The notes under the pieces are model-generated. The model saw only the letters and a program-made list of their open reading frames with translations. It ran no database searches and was not told the DNA's origin. DNA of 64,000 nt from Azolla caroliniana. Lineage: Eukaryota > Plantae > Polypodiophyta. The stretch's first letter is position 1; each line of letters begins with the position of its first letter. The stretch is taken from assembly GCA_043228905.1 (NCBI GenBank), contig JBHGNT010000004.1:7874001-7938000 (forward strand), in the 5' to 3' direction. The translations under genes and the position numbers were made by a program. Of this stretch, positions 46,245-59,274 are shown one piece after another.

Positions 46245-49200
46245 AGCGTTGTCCGTCGGAATAGTAACCAACGGACAAAAGCGTAGGAATAAGAAACTAT
46301 ATAAGAGCATAACGCATGTAACGGTTCACGCAGGAAGCGTGAACGGCTAATTCGACCCTGCATATATAAAGGGCAGAAAACCTCTTATGGAGGTGTGTGT
46401 AATATTGGGGAAATGTAAAGAACGCCTGATAATAGAATTCTATCTTCTCTGATTTTCTGTGTATAGTTGCGGCTAATTCAATGTTGGTGTCTCGGATACT
46501 TAAGCATAGTAGTACGTAAGTGTAACATTTGATAGGGATTCGGTTGTAGTCGTCTTCCCTTATACGCAGAGGGATTACAAGGGTTCTCCCCTTACGCATT
46601 ACGCTCAAAACCCTGTTCGTTGTTCCACACCCACCTTGAGGTCTAGGTCGAAGGACTGACCACGGACCGTGTTCCTAAACGGCAACAATTACTATAAACA
46701 CAAGAGGAGAAATCAATGTTGAGCTCTTCATGGTTGTGCTAATGAAAAAGCACTCGACTGAAGCCATGATGGTGAGAAAGGTTGGGATCGAAACTCTCAT
46801 GATTTAAATTTTGATGACAAGTATGATAGGTTTAATAAGAGCCAAAAACAAGAGAAGGAGTTAGAAAAAGACGAAAACTTTACATTTAAATGTGATGATG
46901 GTGATGATAGAAATGAAACACACAATTTAGGGCTTGATGATAGTAAGGGAGAATGCATTATTGATGGTGAGAGTGAGTGCCATGAGAAGAATGAGGGTTA
47001 TGATGATAGAAAGCTGTGCACTTTCTGTGGATATGGTTATGATAGGGGTAATGATGAGGGTGAGAGTGACGAAGAGAAATCATGTGTTTTAGGTTGCCTT
47101 GGTTTTCTTCGTGATAGATTTTATAAGATTTTCACTAGATCAAATGGTGACATTCATGAGGATATCCATTATGAAAATAGAATAGGTACTTGTGATAATG
47201 AGGGTGTTCTGCAAAAATATGTCCATGTGGATGTGGGGTTACATATTGATCACACGGGTATAAGCAAGGAAAATCTAGGAAATGTTATTTGGGATGTGTA
47301 TAATGATGATGTTGATGTTGTGAGCATGTGTGGGAAGGATGGGATTAAGGTTGATAATATTGAGGATAATCTAGAAAATGCTATGATGGTTTGGGATATG
47401 TATAACGATAATGTTGGTGTTGTGAGTGTGTTTGGGAAGGATAATTTTAGGGTAGATGAAATTGAATATGATGCTTATCTTGTAAAAAAAGATTCGGTGA
47501 TCAAAGATGTTAACTCAAAGGATTATTATAATGATGATGTAAGTATAACTAACATTGAGGTTGTTATCGAAGAAGATGAGGTTGTGGTAAAATGGATGGT
47601 TATTACTTGTAAATAAGAAAGGAAAGAAGTGATTATAAAGACAACACACAGGAAGGAAAAGATGCATCAAGATGGTGGGATGTTCAACTAAACAGAGGAG
47701 GTTGTATTGCCAACATTTCTATCTCCCATCTCAAAGAAAAGGATTGCCTAATTAGAAGAAGCACCCGGTTTTTAGATTTGTTTTGAGAAGACACATCGTC
47801 AACACCCCAAGAAGATCGAAGAAGAAGGTTGGGTATTGGTCTGCAACAATAGCTTTGACAACCAACATAAGACGACAATAAAGTTTGCAAGAAGGTGGTT
47901 CGGATCATATGTGGAGCTAGATGGATCAAGGCTGGCCATACCGATTGCGGGAAAAAGACTAAAGATCTTTAAGAAAAGACAAGGTGAGGGTCCCAAACTC
48001 GATGATCTCAACAATGAAGATAGTAACGCGAAACCCACAAACGTGAGCAAGGTCAACGAGGACGTGGAGGAATCTCACATCGTAGACGAAATCTCACATT
48101 CTCTTCTTGGCACGTACTGGAGAATGTGCGATGTGGTGGGGGTGGATGTCGTGAAGATTTTCGGCAACGGTGTGAAAATCACGTGGAACGAGGAAAATCG
48201 AGAAGGTGCAATATGCACATGTATTGAAGGGGTGATGGTTAATGTGCATGTGTGATGTGTGTTTAGGTGATCATTACACATATATATATAATAAGCCTAA
48301 CGCATACAATGAGGTGTAAGTAAAGGTTTTGAACCTTACACATCCAAGATAGGAGGCAATAGACATACCATTAGACTACATTGTTTCATTTGAAAGTTAA
48401 TTTTGTTCATTGTACATTTCACACAAAATTGTTTGTACATGAGAGCTTAGATAAGGTACATGGTCATCATGCATCACATGTGATGCATGAGCGCCAAATG
48501 GCGATCATGCATCGCATGCATCTCATGCACTGTATGTATGTACTACACCCTCACATGCACATATGCATGGGAGCATCTATATAAGAAGGAGAGAAAGAGA
48601 AAGAAAGGGGGGGACAATGTATGCAATGAATAATAATTAATAATTTCTAGTTATCTCGTTGGCAAGGTGTCTTCTATCTCAATTTTGAAGTCAAAGGTTC
48701 AAACCGGGAATAGGAATTCTCACTATCAATTTATCTTTAATACTTCTCGTTTGCGCTAGTCCTTCCGCCATTTCGTTGCTTGCACTAGTCCTTCCGCGGT
48801 TCCGTTACCTTGAATGATCCCATCATCAATCCTCCATAACCACTAGCGGATAGAGGGTCGGTGCTTGTCCGCGCTTGTGACGTGCACATCCCGACGTTTG
48901 GCACGTGTGTCATGCGCCACACGACACCGTATGGCTGGAGGACATCCCCGGCAAAGGTAGAGGCCATCTCGGCAATGAAGGAGGAGCGTGGATCCATCAT
49001 GGAAGTCCAACGTTTCTTAGGAGCATGCGCCTTCTACCACATATGGATACCTCAATATGCGCACATCGTCGAACCACTCTACGACTTGTTGAAGAAAAGC
49101 AGGAAGTTCGAATGGGCCAAAGATCACACAAAGGCAGTTTGGAGGATAAAACGAACTCTGACAATGGCACTGGCTTTACGGAAAGCAGTGTACACACCGG

Positions 49201-49663
49201 ACTCTCCGGTTTACATCACGGTGGACACCAGCCCGATCGGAATCGGATGGGTCGTAAATCAGGAGTACGAGAACGGCACACGTTTCCCTATCCGGTTCGG
49301 TGCGAAGGTATTGAGCGAGGGATAGCGAGGATACGCCCACGTCAAACGCGAACTGTGGGGTATTGTTTCGGTGGTTAAGGTCGACAAGGACTACTTGATC
49401 GGGACAAAAGCAATTATAGAGACAGACTGCCTGCCGATTCTCGGTATGGTCTCCGGATGTGTGACTCCTGACCTGGCCATGCTCAGATGGATTGCGTACA
49501 TCAAGTCCCTAAACCCGGAAATACGGCGCATCTCCGAAAAAGACAACGTCATGGTCGATATGCTTTCTAGAGCAAGGTTCGAGAAGGAGGATGGCATGGT
49601 ATCGGAAAACGAAGAAGTCGGCGCAGACTTCTTTGAATCGGAAAGGATGAAGGTAAAAGGGCA

Positions 49664-52600
49664 TGTTGAGTAACAAGCTCAACATTGGGTGCGCAACACG
49701 GTGCGCAACTCAGTCATACGTAAATCATTACACACTACATGGCCGTAACGGTGCGAACACCGCAAGGCCGTTAGAGAGATATTCCTCGAAAGGAATAATT
49801 TTGGGAGTGAGTATAGCGGCTCATTTATGAGTGTCAAGTACTGTCAATACTTGTATCAGGCCGATTGTCAGGGGTTGTATAAAAGGTGCTCACTGAGCAC
49901 GGTGTATGTACAGAGAGTCATTATTTTGAATTTGAGTTTTCTGTTGTCTGTGCTCTCTGTCTCTGTCTCTCCCTCTTCGTCTCCATCTTTGCGTTTTCTG
50001 TGTTTTACCGAATTGTCTTATTCCTCCGAACTGTGTACTCTGTGTTTACACACATGCTTCCGCACAACGTATTCTTTTACATGGTATCAGAGCAAGAGGG
50101 TCAAAGTCCTCTGTAGCCGACAATCGAAAGCTTGCAACAAAACAGAGTTGAAGTTGTTCTTTGTGTTTTTCGAAAAAGAAAAAGACAGCTGATATGGACA
50201 GAGGAATGGCTAGCTCGCTCTTGATGGAGAAGCTCGACAGATCCAACTACGCAACTTGGTCTTACAAGATGCACCAGTACCTGCCCGAGCACGGTTACTG
50301 GAGCTATGTCGACGGAGCTAACGACACGACACCTGATGTGGCACACCAGGACTTACCTGTGTGGGAACAAGCCGCAAGCAGAGTGATGTACTGCTTTGCG
50401 TCCAGTGTCGAAGATCAGCTATTGAGCCATATCCGAGACGCCAAGATGCCAAAGGAAGCTTGTGGAAACCTGAAGAAGGTCTTCGCCGCAAGCACTATAG
50501 CCCGAAAGTTGCCCGCAACCTGAAGAATGTCCAACAGAAGGACATGTCGATGGCTGATTACACGACCCGGATCAAAGAAATATGTGACTCACTTGCCTCT
50601 ATCAATGTTTCTGTGGAGGAAGACGAGATGGTACAGATCTGTCTTGGGGGCCTGGCGTCTAAGTTCGGAGCTTTCCAAACGGCGGTCTGTACGAGGGAGA
50701 ATACGCCTTCATTTTTCGAGCTTTAGTCAATGTTGCTCGTAGAAGAAAACCACGCGGGTGCGTCGACGAGTGCGCACGCCGATGGCAAGATGCTCTACAC
50801 GGAGGATGATAGGCCCCGTGTTCATGGTGGATGAGGCGGATTGATGCGCAATGGAGGCGGCTGACAAGAGCACAACAGACGGCATAATCGCATTGCCGGA
50901 AGCAATTCCGCACCCTCCACAAGCAGGGGGAGTCATGGCGGCGCCGGAAGACAGCAAGAGAAGGCCGCATCGGATTGTTGGTACTATGGCAAGAAAGGCC
51001 ATAAGGAGAGCGAGTGCTGGAAAAAGAAGGCTGATTCGGACAAAGCCAAATCAAGCGGAAGGGACACGGAGAGGAGTCAAAAGTCGCACTACACAGAAGG
51101 CTCCGAACGAGCAGGAAATGGAGTTGGCCCTGCCTTCGTAATGAAGCATGAGGCCAACTCAATGGCCGTGAACACCTCAAAATCGATCGAGGTGTGGTAT
51201 GTTGATTCCGGACCGTCAAATCATATGACGAGCCAGGAGGAGTGGTTCTTATACTTGGAGAAACCGGAATCACGAGGGGTTGTCGAAACGGGAGATGACA
51301 CCCCGCATACCATCAAACATGTTGGTGAAGTTCCCCTCAGCCACGTCAGGCAGAAAGGGAAGCTTATGAACGTGTTGCACGTCCCAACAATAACAAAGAA
51401 CTTGGTGTCAGTCGGTCAGATCATCAACCAAGGCATGCAGGTTCGATTCACGCATCTTGGCTGCTTCATCGAAGAGGAAGGCAAAGTGATCGCGCAAGGG
51501 CGCCATGAAGGGAGGATGTTTATCCTTGAAACCAATCATGTGGGCATAGCAATGTTCGCGAAAGGACAGAAGGTTGAGTTGGATATCGACCTGTGGCATA
51601 AGCGGTTCGGCCACAAAAATTTCCCACGGCTTCGTGAAATGCAAACAAAGAACATTGTTTTCGTCTTGCCGAAACTCCAGGGTCATAATGGCCAAGTCTG
51701 CGAAGCCTGTTAGATGGGAAAAAAACACCGACTTCCATTCCCTTATGAGCGTAATCATAGTCCAAGTCCGCTGGATTTGATCCATTCGAATGTGTGGGGA
51801 CTGGCACAGAACGTGAGTCTCGATGGAAGCCGTTACTTTGTAACCTTCATCGACGACTTCACTTGGCACACATGGGTATGCACAATCGCGAAGAAGAGTG
51901 AAGTCTTCGCATGTTTCCTGAACGTGAAGAGCCTTGCGGAAAGGGAAACAGGGCGTAAGACCAAATGCCTACAGTCCGATGGCGGGAAGGAGTACTTCTC
52001 CGACCAGTTCACAAGTTATCTCCAGAAGGAGGGAATTCGACGCGAATTCTCGTGTAGATACATGCCGCAACAGAACAGCGTGGCCAAGCGGAAGAATCGA
52101 ACAATTGAAGAAGCGGCCAGGGCAATGCTTGAAGAGAAGCATATGCCGAAACTCTATTGGGCTGAAGCCATGAAGACGACTGTCTACTTGCAGAATCAGA
52201 CTTCTGCTAATGGAGGAGTGTCGCCACATGAGCTATATTTCGAGAAGAAGCAGAACTTGGCACACTTGAGGATTTTCGGCAACATCGCGTATGTGCACGT
52301 GCCGAAGGAGAAAAGGAGGAAACTGGATGCTAACTAAGAAATGTATCTTGGTCGACTATTCAGATGAGCAGAAAGGGTATAAGTGTTACAACCCTCGAAC
52401 AAAGGAAGTACGTGTAAGCCGCAATGTCATGTTCGACGAGTCCGCTTCGTGGTACTTGCCTTCACCTCCAATACCTCAAGACTCCATTCTGATTTCTTAA
52501 GAAGAGATCAGTGAGGCTGAAATGCCTCCGCATGATGAGGACGTCGGAGATCTGAGAGAGAGTCTGATCTCCTTTCGGCTAAGTGGGCCGAATGAGAGGT

Positions 52601-53347
52601 TGGGCCGAGAGGGCCAACCAGATGATGAGACGGCGAGTAGTGGAGACTCAGCTGTGATGTCCCCGCGTAAAGAACCGAGGAGACGGTTTACGCTGTCGTG
52701 AAGGATTTGCTTCACGATATAAAAATAAACTTGAATATTGTATTAAGTAACATTTGAGAGACTTGAACCCGTAACCTCACACACCAAGGATGAAGCATAT
52801 ACCATTAAGATAAGTTATTTTCTATAATTATGCTTTTATCACCATACTTATGACATGTGTATCTTCATACATTAGAGCTTAGATGAGCATGATGGCTATC
52901 ATGCATCACATGTAAAGCATGTGCGCCAAATGGCGACCATGCATCACATGCATCACATGCATCACATGCATTACATGCATGCCATGCACCCCCATATCAT
53001 CATATGCATGAGAGAACCTATAAAGAGAGGTAAGGAATTAAGGGATGAATCAAAGAAAAAATAGGGTAATCAATCAATGAAGAGAAAGTTAGAGAAATAA
53101 GATAATCAAAGAAATAAATAATAAGTTAGTTTGTTGGTGAAGAGGCTCGTGTTTCCAAGTTGGAGTCAAGGGTTCGAATCAAGAGTTGGTAGAGAAAGGG
53201 TTCATCTTGCTATCAAGCATTGTAAAGTTGGTAAAATCTTGTATTCGTAATATACATCATGTTCATATCATATACTTTAATTCCTTAAATCATACTTTGT
53301 CTCTATCTTGCTTCTTGAATCATACATTGTCTCTATCCTTTATCTAT

Positions 53348-53413
<66 letters not shown>

Positions 53414-56296
53414 TTACTCGTAACTCTTCTTCTTACTATCCTTAATCATTCTATCGTCACCATACAAGCCTTATTAAAATTTAAGTTCCTTCAACTCCCC
53501 TTAACCTTAGTCCCCGCGACTTCGCTACACGAACCACAACTACCCCGACACATTTGGTGAACCCGACGTGAAGGCGGCGACAAGGGAAAATGGAGGAGCA
53601 AACGAGGCTTATGTGTACAATGGTGGAACGAATGATGCGAGAGCAAGGAATGACGGCAAGCATCGACAAAGCCGTCGATAATATTCTTGCTTGAGTAGGA
53701 ATCTTCGAAGGTATAAATTTAACAAAATTTCTGAAGATTTACAATGAAGAAATGCTTAAACGTGGTGTCGACGAAGCTGCAAAAATTAATAGCTTTAGTC
53801 GAGTCGCTGCAATTGGGCTACAAGAGAGGATCCAAGAGCTCCAAAGGGAGAATCAGACATGGACAACGTTCGAAAGAGCATTACTCAATGAATACAACCT
53901 CAACGATATGTCAAGGTTGACAAGGCGAGCTTTCATGGATTGGGTAGAGTCTAATAAACATTTAAGTGTTTTGGAAGTATTAAAAGAGTTTTCTGAAAGA
54001 TTTGAGCAACTAAATGTTAGAGATAGAAATATAATAGTGCCAGGTAAAGTAATATTGTTTCTACAAGCTACTAATATTAAAGACAAGAAGGACTTGGGAA
54101 TGCTTTTAGAAGATCAGAATAGTCTAAGTGGACTTACCGAAGACTGGGAGGAGGTGAAAAGGGTGTGCGCCCATTTCTGCAAAAGAAAGTTATGGTTTAT
54201 GGAGTTGCCCGATAGAAATGATGAAGAAACGGGGAACGAGTCGGGAGAAAAGAAAGTAGAAGAATCACTCTTACACGAATTGGTGAAAGGCATGAAAGAC
54301 TTGTCGATCAAAGTGACGAAGCTAGAATCGGGACAAAGCTCGACTTCATCAAGGCAGGGAGGTGGAATGGTCCGAAGGTGTATGTGGTGTGATAGTATCG
54401 ACCACTAGAAGAAAGATTGTCAAGAGCATAGGGATGCTCTTAATCATAATAAAATCTATTATCAAGATGGCAAGATTCACTCGACAGAGACTCGACAACC
54501 ACTTCAACTCAACTTCGGGCGAGGAGGAATGAAAAAGCTAATGGAAGATGCTGAGAGAGAAACGACTCAAGCGATACAATCCGTGGCAACCTTAGGATTG
54601 CGCGTAGAATACTCATATGGTGGATCTGGCTTTTGGCAAGATGTGATGGATTATGCAAGAAAAGGGAAGGTTCGAGTGGATGAATTAAAAAGAGCGGGAG
54701 ATGAAATACGAAACTTCACTAGATGGAATGATCCAGTAGATGCGCTATCAGCATTCGCCCAAGTGAATGCACAAGATGTACTAGTGGAAGAGAAGCGAAA
54801 GAGAGCTCAGGAGGTTAATCTGGCAAAAAGGCATGAGACAAAAGAACAAGAGAGAAGAGAGATGGAAAAGGATGCTCTTGAGTCAAAAGAAGCTGATAAA
54901 GTAAAAGGGAAGACAAACCCATCTTGCTTCAGACACAGAAGACGTGACAGATTTAAAACACGTCACGGAAGAAGTTACGAGAGTGTGTTCAGCAACACTC
55001 CAAGATCTAGATCGTGACACCATCAATGTTGCAAGTGTAAAGAAGATAAATAATATTGCAGTTCATGAAGGGGATAGGAGTCATTATACAAAGAACCATT
55101 GGGCTCAAGCAACAATAGAGGCACCTACAAAAATTGCGGAGCAACAAATTCCTTATATTTTTTTGATAGATTATAGATAAAAAATTAACATGATGTCTTT
55201 GGAATGTTATGTTAAAGGAAGGTGGCCAATTGATAAGAATCATGGGTCGAAGAAAAGAGTTGCAACAGAGATGATGGAGGATCTATTCGGAGCATGTCCT
55301 AATGTGAAAGCAACAATGGGAGATGTGTCGGTGCATGAAAATTACTATGTGCAACATGGATACACCTACCCTGTCATCCTTGGTCAACCATCCATCAGCG
55401 TAGTGAGTATGGAAACAAAGGATGGTGAACCATACATCAACGTAGTAAGGATGGAAACAATTGTGATTAATGATGATTCAACTTTCGTGAGGATCAAGAG
55501 TCGGGATGGAAGGAAGAGGGGCCATATCGTAACCATGACGCCTAACCATGAAAGAAACAAAGAATGCTTCAGGGGACATCCAGTTCCAAAACGGAATGAA
55601 GAGTTTTTCCAAGACTTTGGATGAACTTTGCACAACCAATGTGCAAGTTCAAAGGGGGTGGGTGTCGTGAAGGATTTGCTTCACGATATAAAAATAAACT
55701 TGAATATTGTATTAAGTAACATTTGAGAGACTTGAACCCGTAACCTCACACACCAAGGACGAAGCATATACCATTAGGATAAGTTATTTTCTATAGTTAT
55801 GCTTTTATCACCATACTTATGACATGCGTATTAGAGCTTAGATGAGCATGATGGCTATCATGCATCACATGTAAAGCATGTGCGCCAAATGGCGACCATG
55901 CATCACATGCATCACATGCATTACATGCATGCCATGCACCCCCATATCATCATATGCTGAGAGAACCTATAAAGAGAGGTAAGGAATTAAGGGATGAATC
56001 AAAGAAAAAATAGGGTAATCAATCAATGAAGAGAAAGTTAGAGAAATAAGATAATCAAAGAAATAAATAATAAGTTAGTTTGTTGGTGAAGAGGCTCGTG
56101 TTTCCAAGTTGGAGTCAAGGGTTCGAATCAAGAGTTGGTAGAGAAAGGGTTCATCTTGCTATCGAGCATTGTAAAGTTGGTAAAATCTTGTATTCGTAAT
56201 ATACATCATGTTCATATCATATACTTTAATTCCTTAAATCATACTTTGTCTCTATCTTGCTTCTTGAATCATACATTGTCTCTATCCTTTATCTAT

Positions 56297-56352
<56 letters not shown>

Positions 56353-59274
56353 TTACTCGTAACTCTTCTTCTTACTATCCTTAATCATTCTATTGTCACC
56401 ATACAAGCCTTATTAAAATTTAAGTTCCTTCAACTCCCCTTAACCTTAGTCCCCGCGACTTCACTGCATGAACCACAACTACCCCAACAACACGTAAGGA
56501 GAAGGGCAAGAAGAAAATTCCGGAGTACGATTTCGGCAGTGCCGAGTCAGTTCGAAGTGAATCTGACATCAAGCGGACCATAAGGAAACCTCCGCGGAAG
56601 AGGTCAAAATCGGCCGAAAAGGTCGTTAAATCGGGTAATCACGATTTACACCGATCTACCCGCCAGAAGAACCCTGTAAAGAGGTACGGGTATAATGAAT
56701 ACATGGCGCACCATTATGCATATATGATGCGAGTGGCAGAAGTGCGTGAGCCGGGGAGCTACGCAGAAGCGGCGAGAGACGCAAATTGGCGTGCCGCGAT
56801 GGAGGAAGAGATGCGCGCCTTAACGCAGAACGAGACATGGGACCTGGTTGACGCACCGAAGTGTGTGAAGCCGATCGGCTGCCGGTGGGTGTATAAAGTG
56901 AAATACAACACAAACGGCTCCGTCAACCACTACAAGGCCCATTTAGTAGCAAAAGGCTACGTGCAAAAGCACGTCGTGGACTATGACGAGACCTTCGCGT
57001 CTGTCGCGAAGATGACTACCGTGTGAGTCCTGCTAGCCATAGCAGCGGCAAAGGGGTGGCACTTACATCAGATGGATGTAAAGAATGCGTTCCTGCAAGG
57101 TGATCTTGAGGAACAGGTGTACATGGTTCAACCCCCCGGATTTCTATCCGAACAAAACACCTCGGCAATTTGCCGATTGAAGAAATCCTTATACGGACTA
57201 AAGCAAGCCCCGCGAGCTTGGAACGCAAAGATTACGCAACAGTTGCGTAGGATGGGGTTTGCGCCATCGAAATCGGACTCTTCTCTATTTGTTCGTCAAG
57301 GACAATATGGATCGGTCAGCCTGCTCTTGTACGTTGATGATTTAGTCATCACCAGTGCCGACCTTGATGAAATCCGCCGCGTGAAGTCTCAGCTTGTGGC
57401 ATCGTTTGAAATGAAGGATCTCGGAGACCTTCATTACTTCCTCGGGATCGAAGTGATCCATACCCCCAAAGCCATATTGATCAGCCAACGTCATTACGTG
57501 TTGAATATTCTCTTCAAGTTCGGGATGGCAGACTGTAAACCCATCTCGACCCCTCTGGATAGAAATGTGAAGCTTCGCCCAGATTCAGGCAAGGCGTGCG
57601 ACCCCACACGGTTCCGACAGATTGTCGGAAGCCTTATCTATCTGACGATTACTCGGTCGGATCTTAGTTATCTAGTCGATCTAATCAATCAATTCATGTC
57701 ATAGCCTACGACTGAACACTTTTGGTGCGCGAAAAGGATATTGTGATATGTTAGCAGCACGAAAGACACGGCCTTGCTGTATCAAGCAGGCGTAGCCGAA
57801 CAGTTGGTTGGCTACACGGATGCCGATTGGGCCGGAAACACCAGTGATCGTAGATCCACATCTAGATACGCCTTCTCATTAGGAAGTGCAGTGATCGCGT
57901 GGAGCAACAAAAAGCAGCCGACAGTGGCACTATCGAGCACGGAGGCCGAATATTCAGGGGCGACTGTCACTACGTGCAAAGTCATTTGGCTGAAACGGCT
58001 ATTACGGGATGTGCATGTAGAGGTGTCTGATCCGACGACGATCTTTTGCGACAACCTCAGCAATATCCACCTTGCGAAAAACCTTGTGTTCTACGCTCGG
58101 ACCATGCACATTGAGGTGCATTACCATTTTCTCCGCGAGCGGGTCCTTTCAGGTGAAGTCGAACTAGCGTATGTTCCGACAAATCGGCAGGTTGTCGACA
58201 TCTTCACCAAGCCTCTGGGTCTCGACAAGTTAAGGCATTTCTCGAGTGAGCTAGGGTTTCGTAACCTTGACACGCCGAACTTGAGGGGGAGAAAGGAAGA
58301 ATAGGAACAAGAGCATGAAAGGAGCGGAGGTGTTCATTGTGGCGGAAGTGACCGTGATGTTGAATCGGATGAAGAATTCGATTTCGGGCCGGCTGAAGAA
58401 GCCGAAGAAAAGAGCAAGGGCCAAAACCGTGGGGAAGAGTCGAGGATACCTGAATCAGGGGGAGATATAGCCAAGAAGAGCGTAGAGGCCAAGACCAAGA
58501 CGTGGTCTGATGTAGTCAAAGGCCTAAAGACTGAAAACGAATTGGAGACAACCAACTCAGATGAGAGCGAAATTGAATCAGAAGTGTTCGATTCAATCGG
58601 AATGTTTGATTCGGATACACCGAATCAACTGAAGGCCATGCGGAGAAAAGGGCAGCAAAGGATGGGCCGACACTACAACAACAAGGGAGCTGAGAAGGGC
58701 CGAACGAGCAAACAAGCCAACCGAAAGGGTCGAAGCACGCGGAATCGAACAGGTCGAGGAGCGCGAGCGAGGCGTAAAGCCAGAAGGAACCGGAGTGTAG
58801 ATCTGGAAGAGTAGGTGGAACCTCAAGTTGAGCTTGAGGGGGAGTGTTGAGTGACAAGCTCAACATTGGGCGTGCAACACGGTGCGTAACCCAGTAGTGC
58901 GTAAATCATTACGCACTACATGGTCGTAACGGTGCGAAAACCGCGAGGCCGTTAGAGAGATATTCCTCGAAAGGAATAATTTTGGGAGTGAGTGTAGTGG
59001 CTCATTTATGAGCATCAAGTACTGTCAGTACTTGTGTCAGCCAAATTGTCAGGGCTTCTATAAAAGGTGCTCACTGAGCACGGTGTATGTACAGAGAGTC
59101 ATTATTTTGAATTTGAGTTTTCTGTTGTCTGTGCTCTCTCTCTCTCTCTCTCTCTCTCCCTCTCCATCTCCATCTCCATCTCTGCTTTTTTTGTGTTTTA
59201 CCAAACTATCTTATTCCTCTGAATTGTGTACTCTTTGTTTACACACACGCTTCCACACAACGTATTCTTTTACA
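49664..59274 (+). mobile_element. Element E: full-length decayed Ty1/Copia related to D (LTRs 49664-50081 and 58845-59274), inserted in F
   Basis: TSD GGGCA/GGGCG; PBS TGGTATCAGAGC 50082-50093; PPT GAGGGGGAG; gag-PR-IN-RT-RH closely similar to D; interrupted by I. Confidence 0.95.
52694..56489 (+). mobile_element. Element I: non-autonomous gag+protease-only (TR-GAG-like) F-group element (LTRs 52694-53550 and 55663-56489)
   Basis: Highly similar LTRs; PBS TGGTGAACCCGACGTGA 53555-53571; PPT AAAGGGGGTGGG; 4-bp TSD ACGC/ACAC; gag CMWCDSIDH and PR GRWPI...LFGACPNV...VILGQP homologous to F; no RT/RH/IN. Confidence 0.93.

Larger units (their letters stand above)
36809..46687 (+). mobile_element. 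Element C: full-length, decayed relative of A (LTRs 36809-37249 and 46247-46687)
   Basis: 441-bp LTRs (roughly 14 differences by eye); TSD ATTAC; PBS TGGCACGCTTGG from 37254; gag-pol ~37538-43114 homologous to A. Confidence 0.96.
35897..47616 (+). pseudogene. Unknown acidic, repeat-containing ORF inside H (35897-36808 joined to 46693-47616, split by C)
   Basis: D/E/H/C-rich frame with a 66-bp (22-aa) repeat (units at 36542, 36608, 36674); frame continues across the ATTAC TSD; a few stops. Confidence 0.6.
35067..48926 (+). mobile_element. Element H: non-autonomous F-group element (LTRs 35067-35860 and 48147-48926) inserted in RT of F
   Basis: Highly similar ~790-bp LTRs; 4-bp TSD CTGT/CCGT restoring F frame GHLCRPYG; PPT GGTGGGGGTGGA; integrase tail remnant 47780-48000; no PBS, gag or RT seen. 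Confidence 0.92.
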
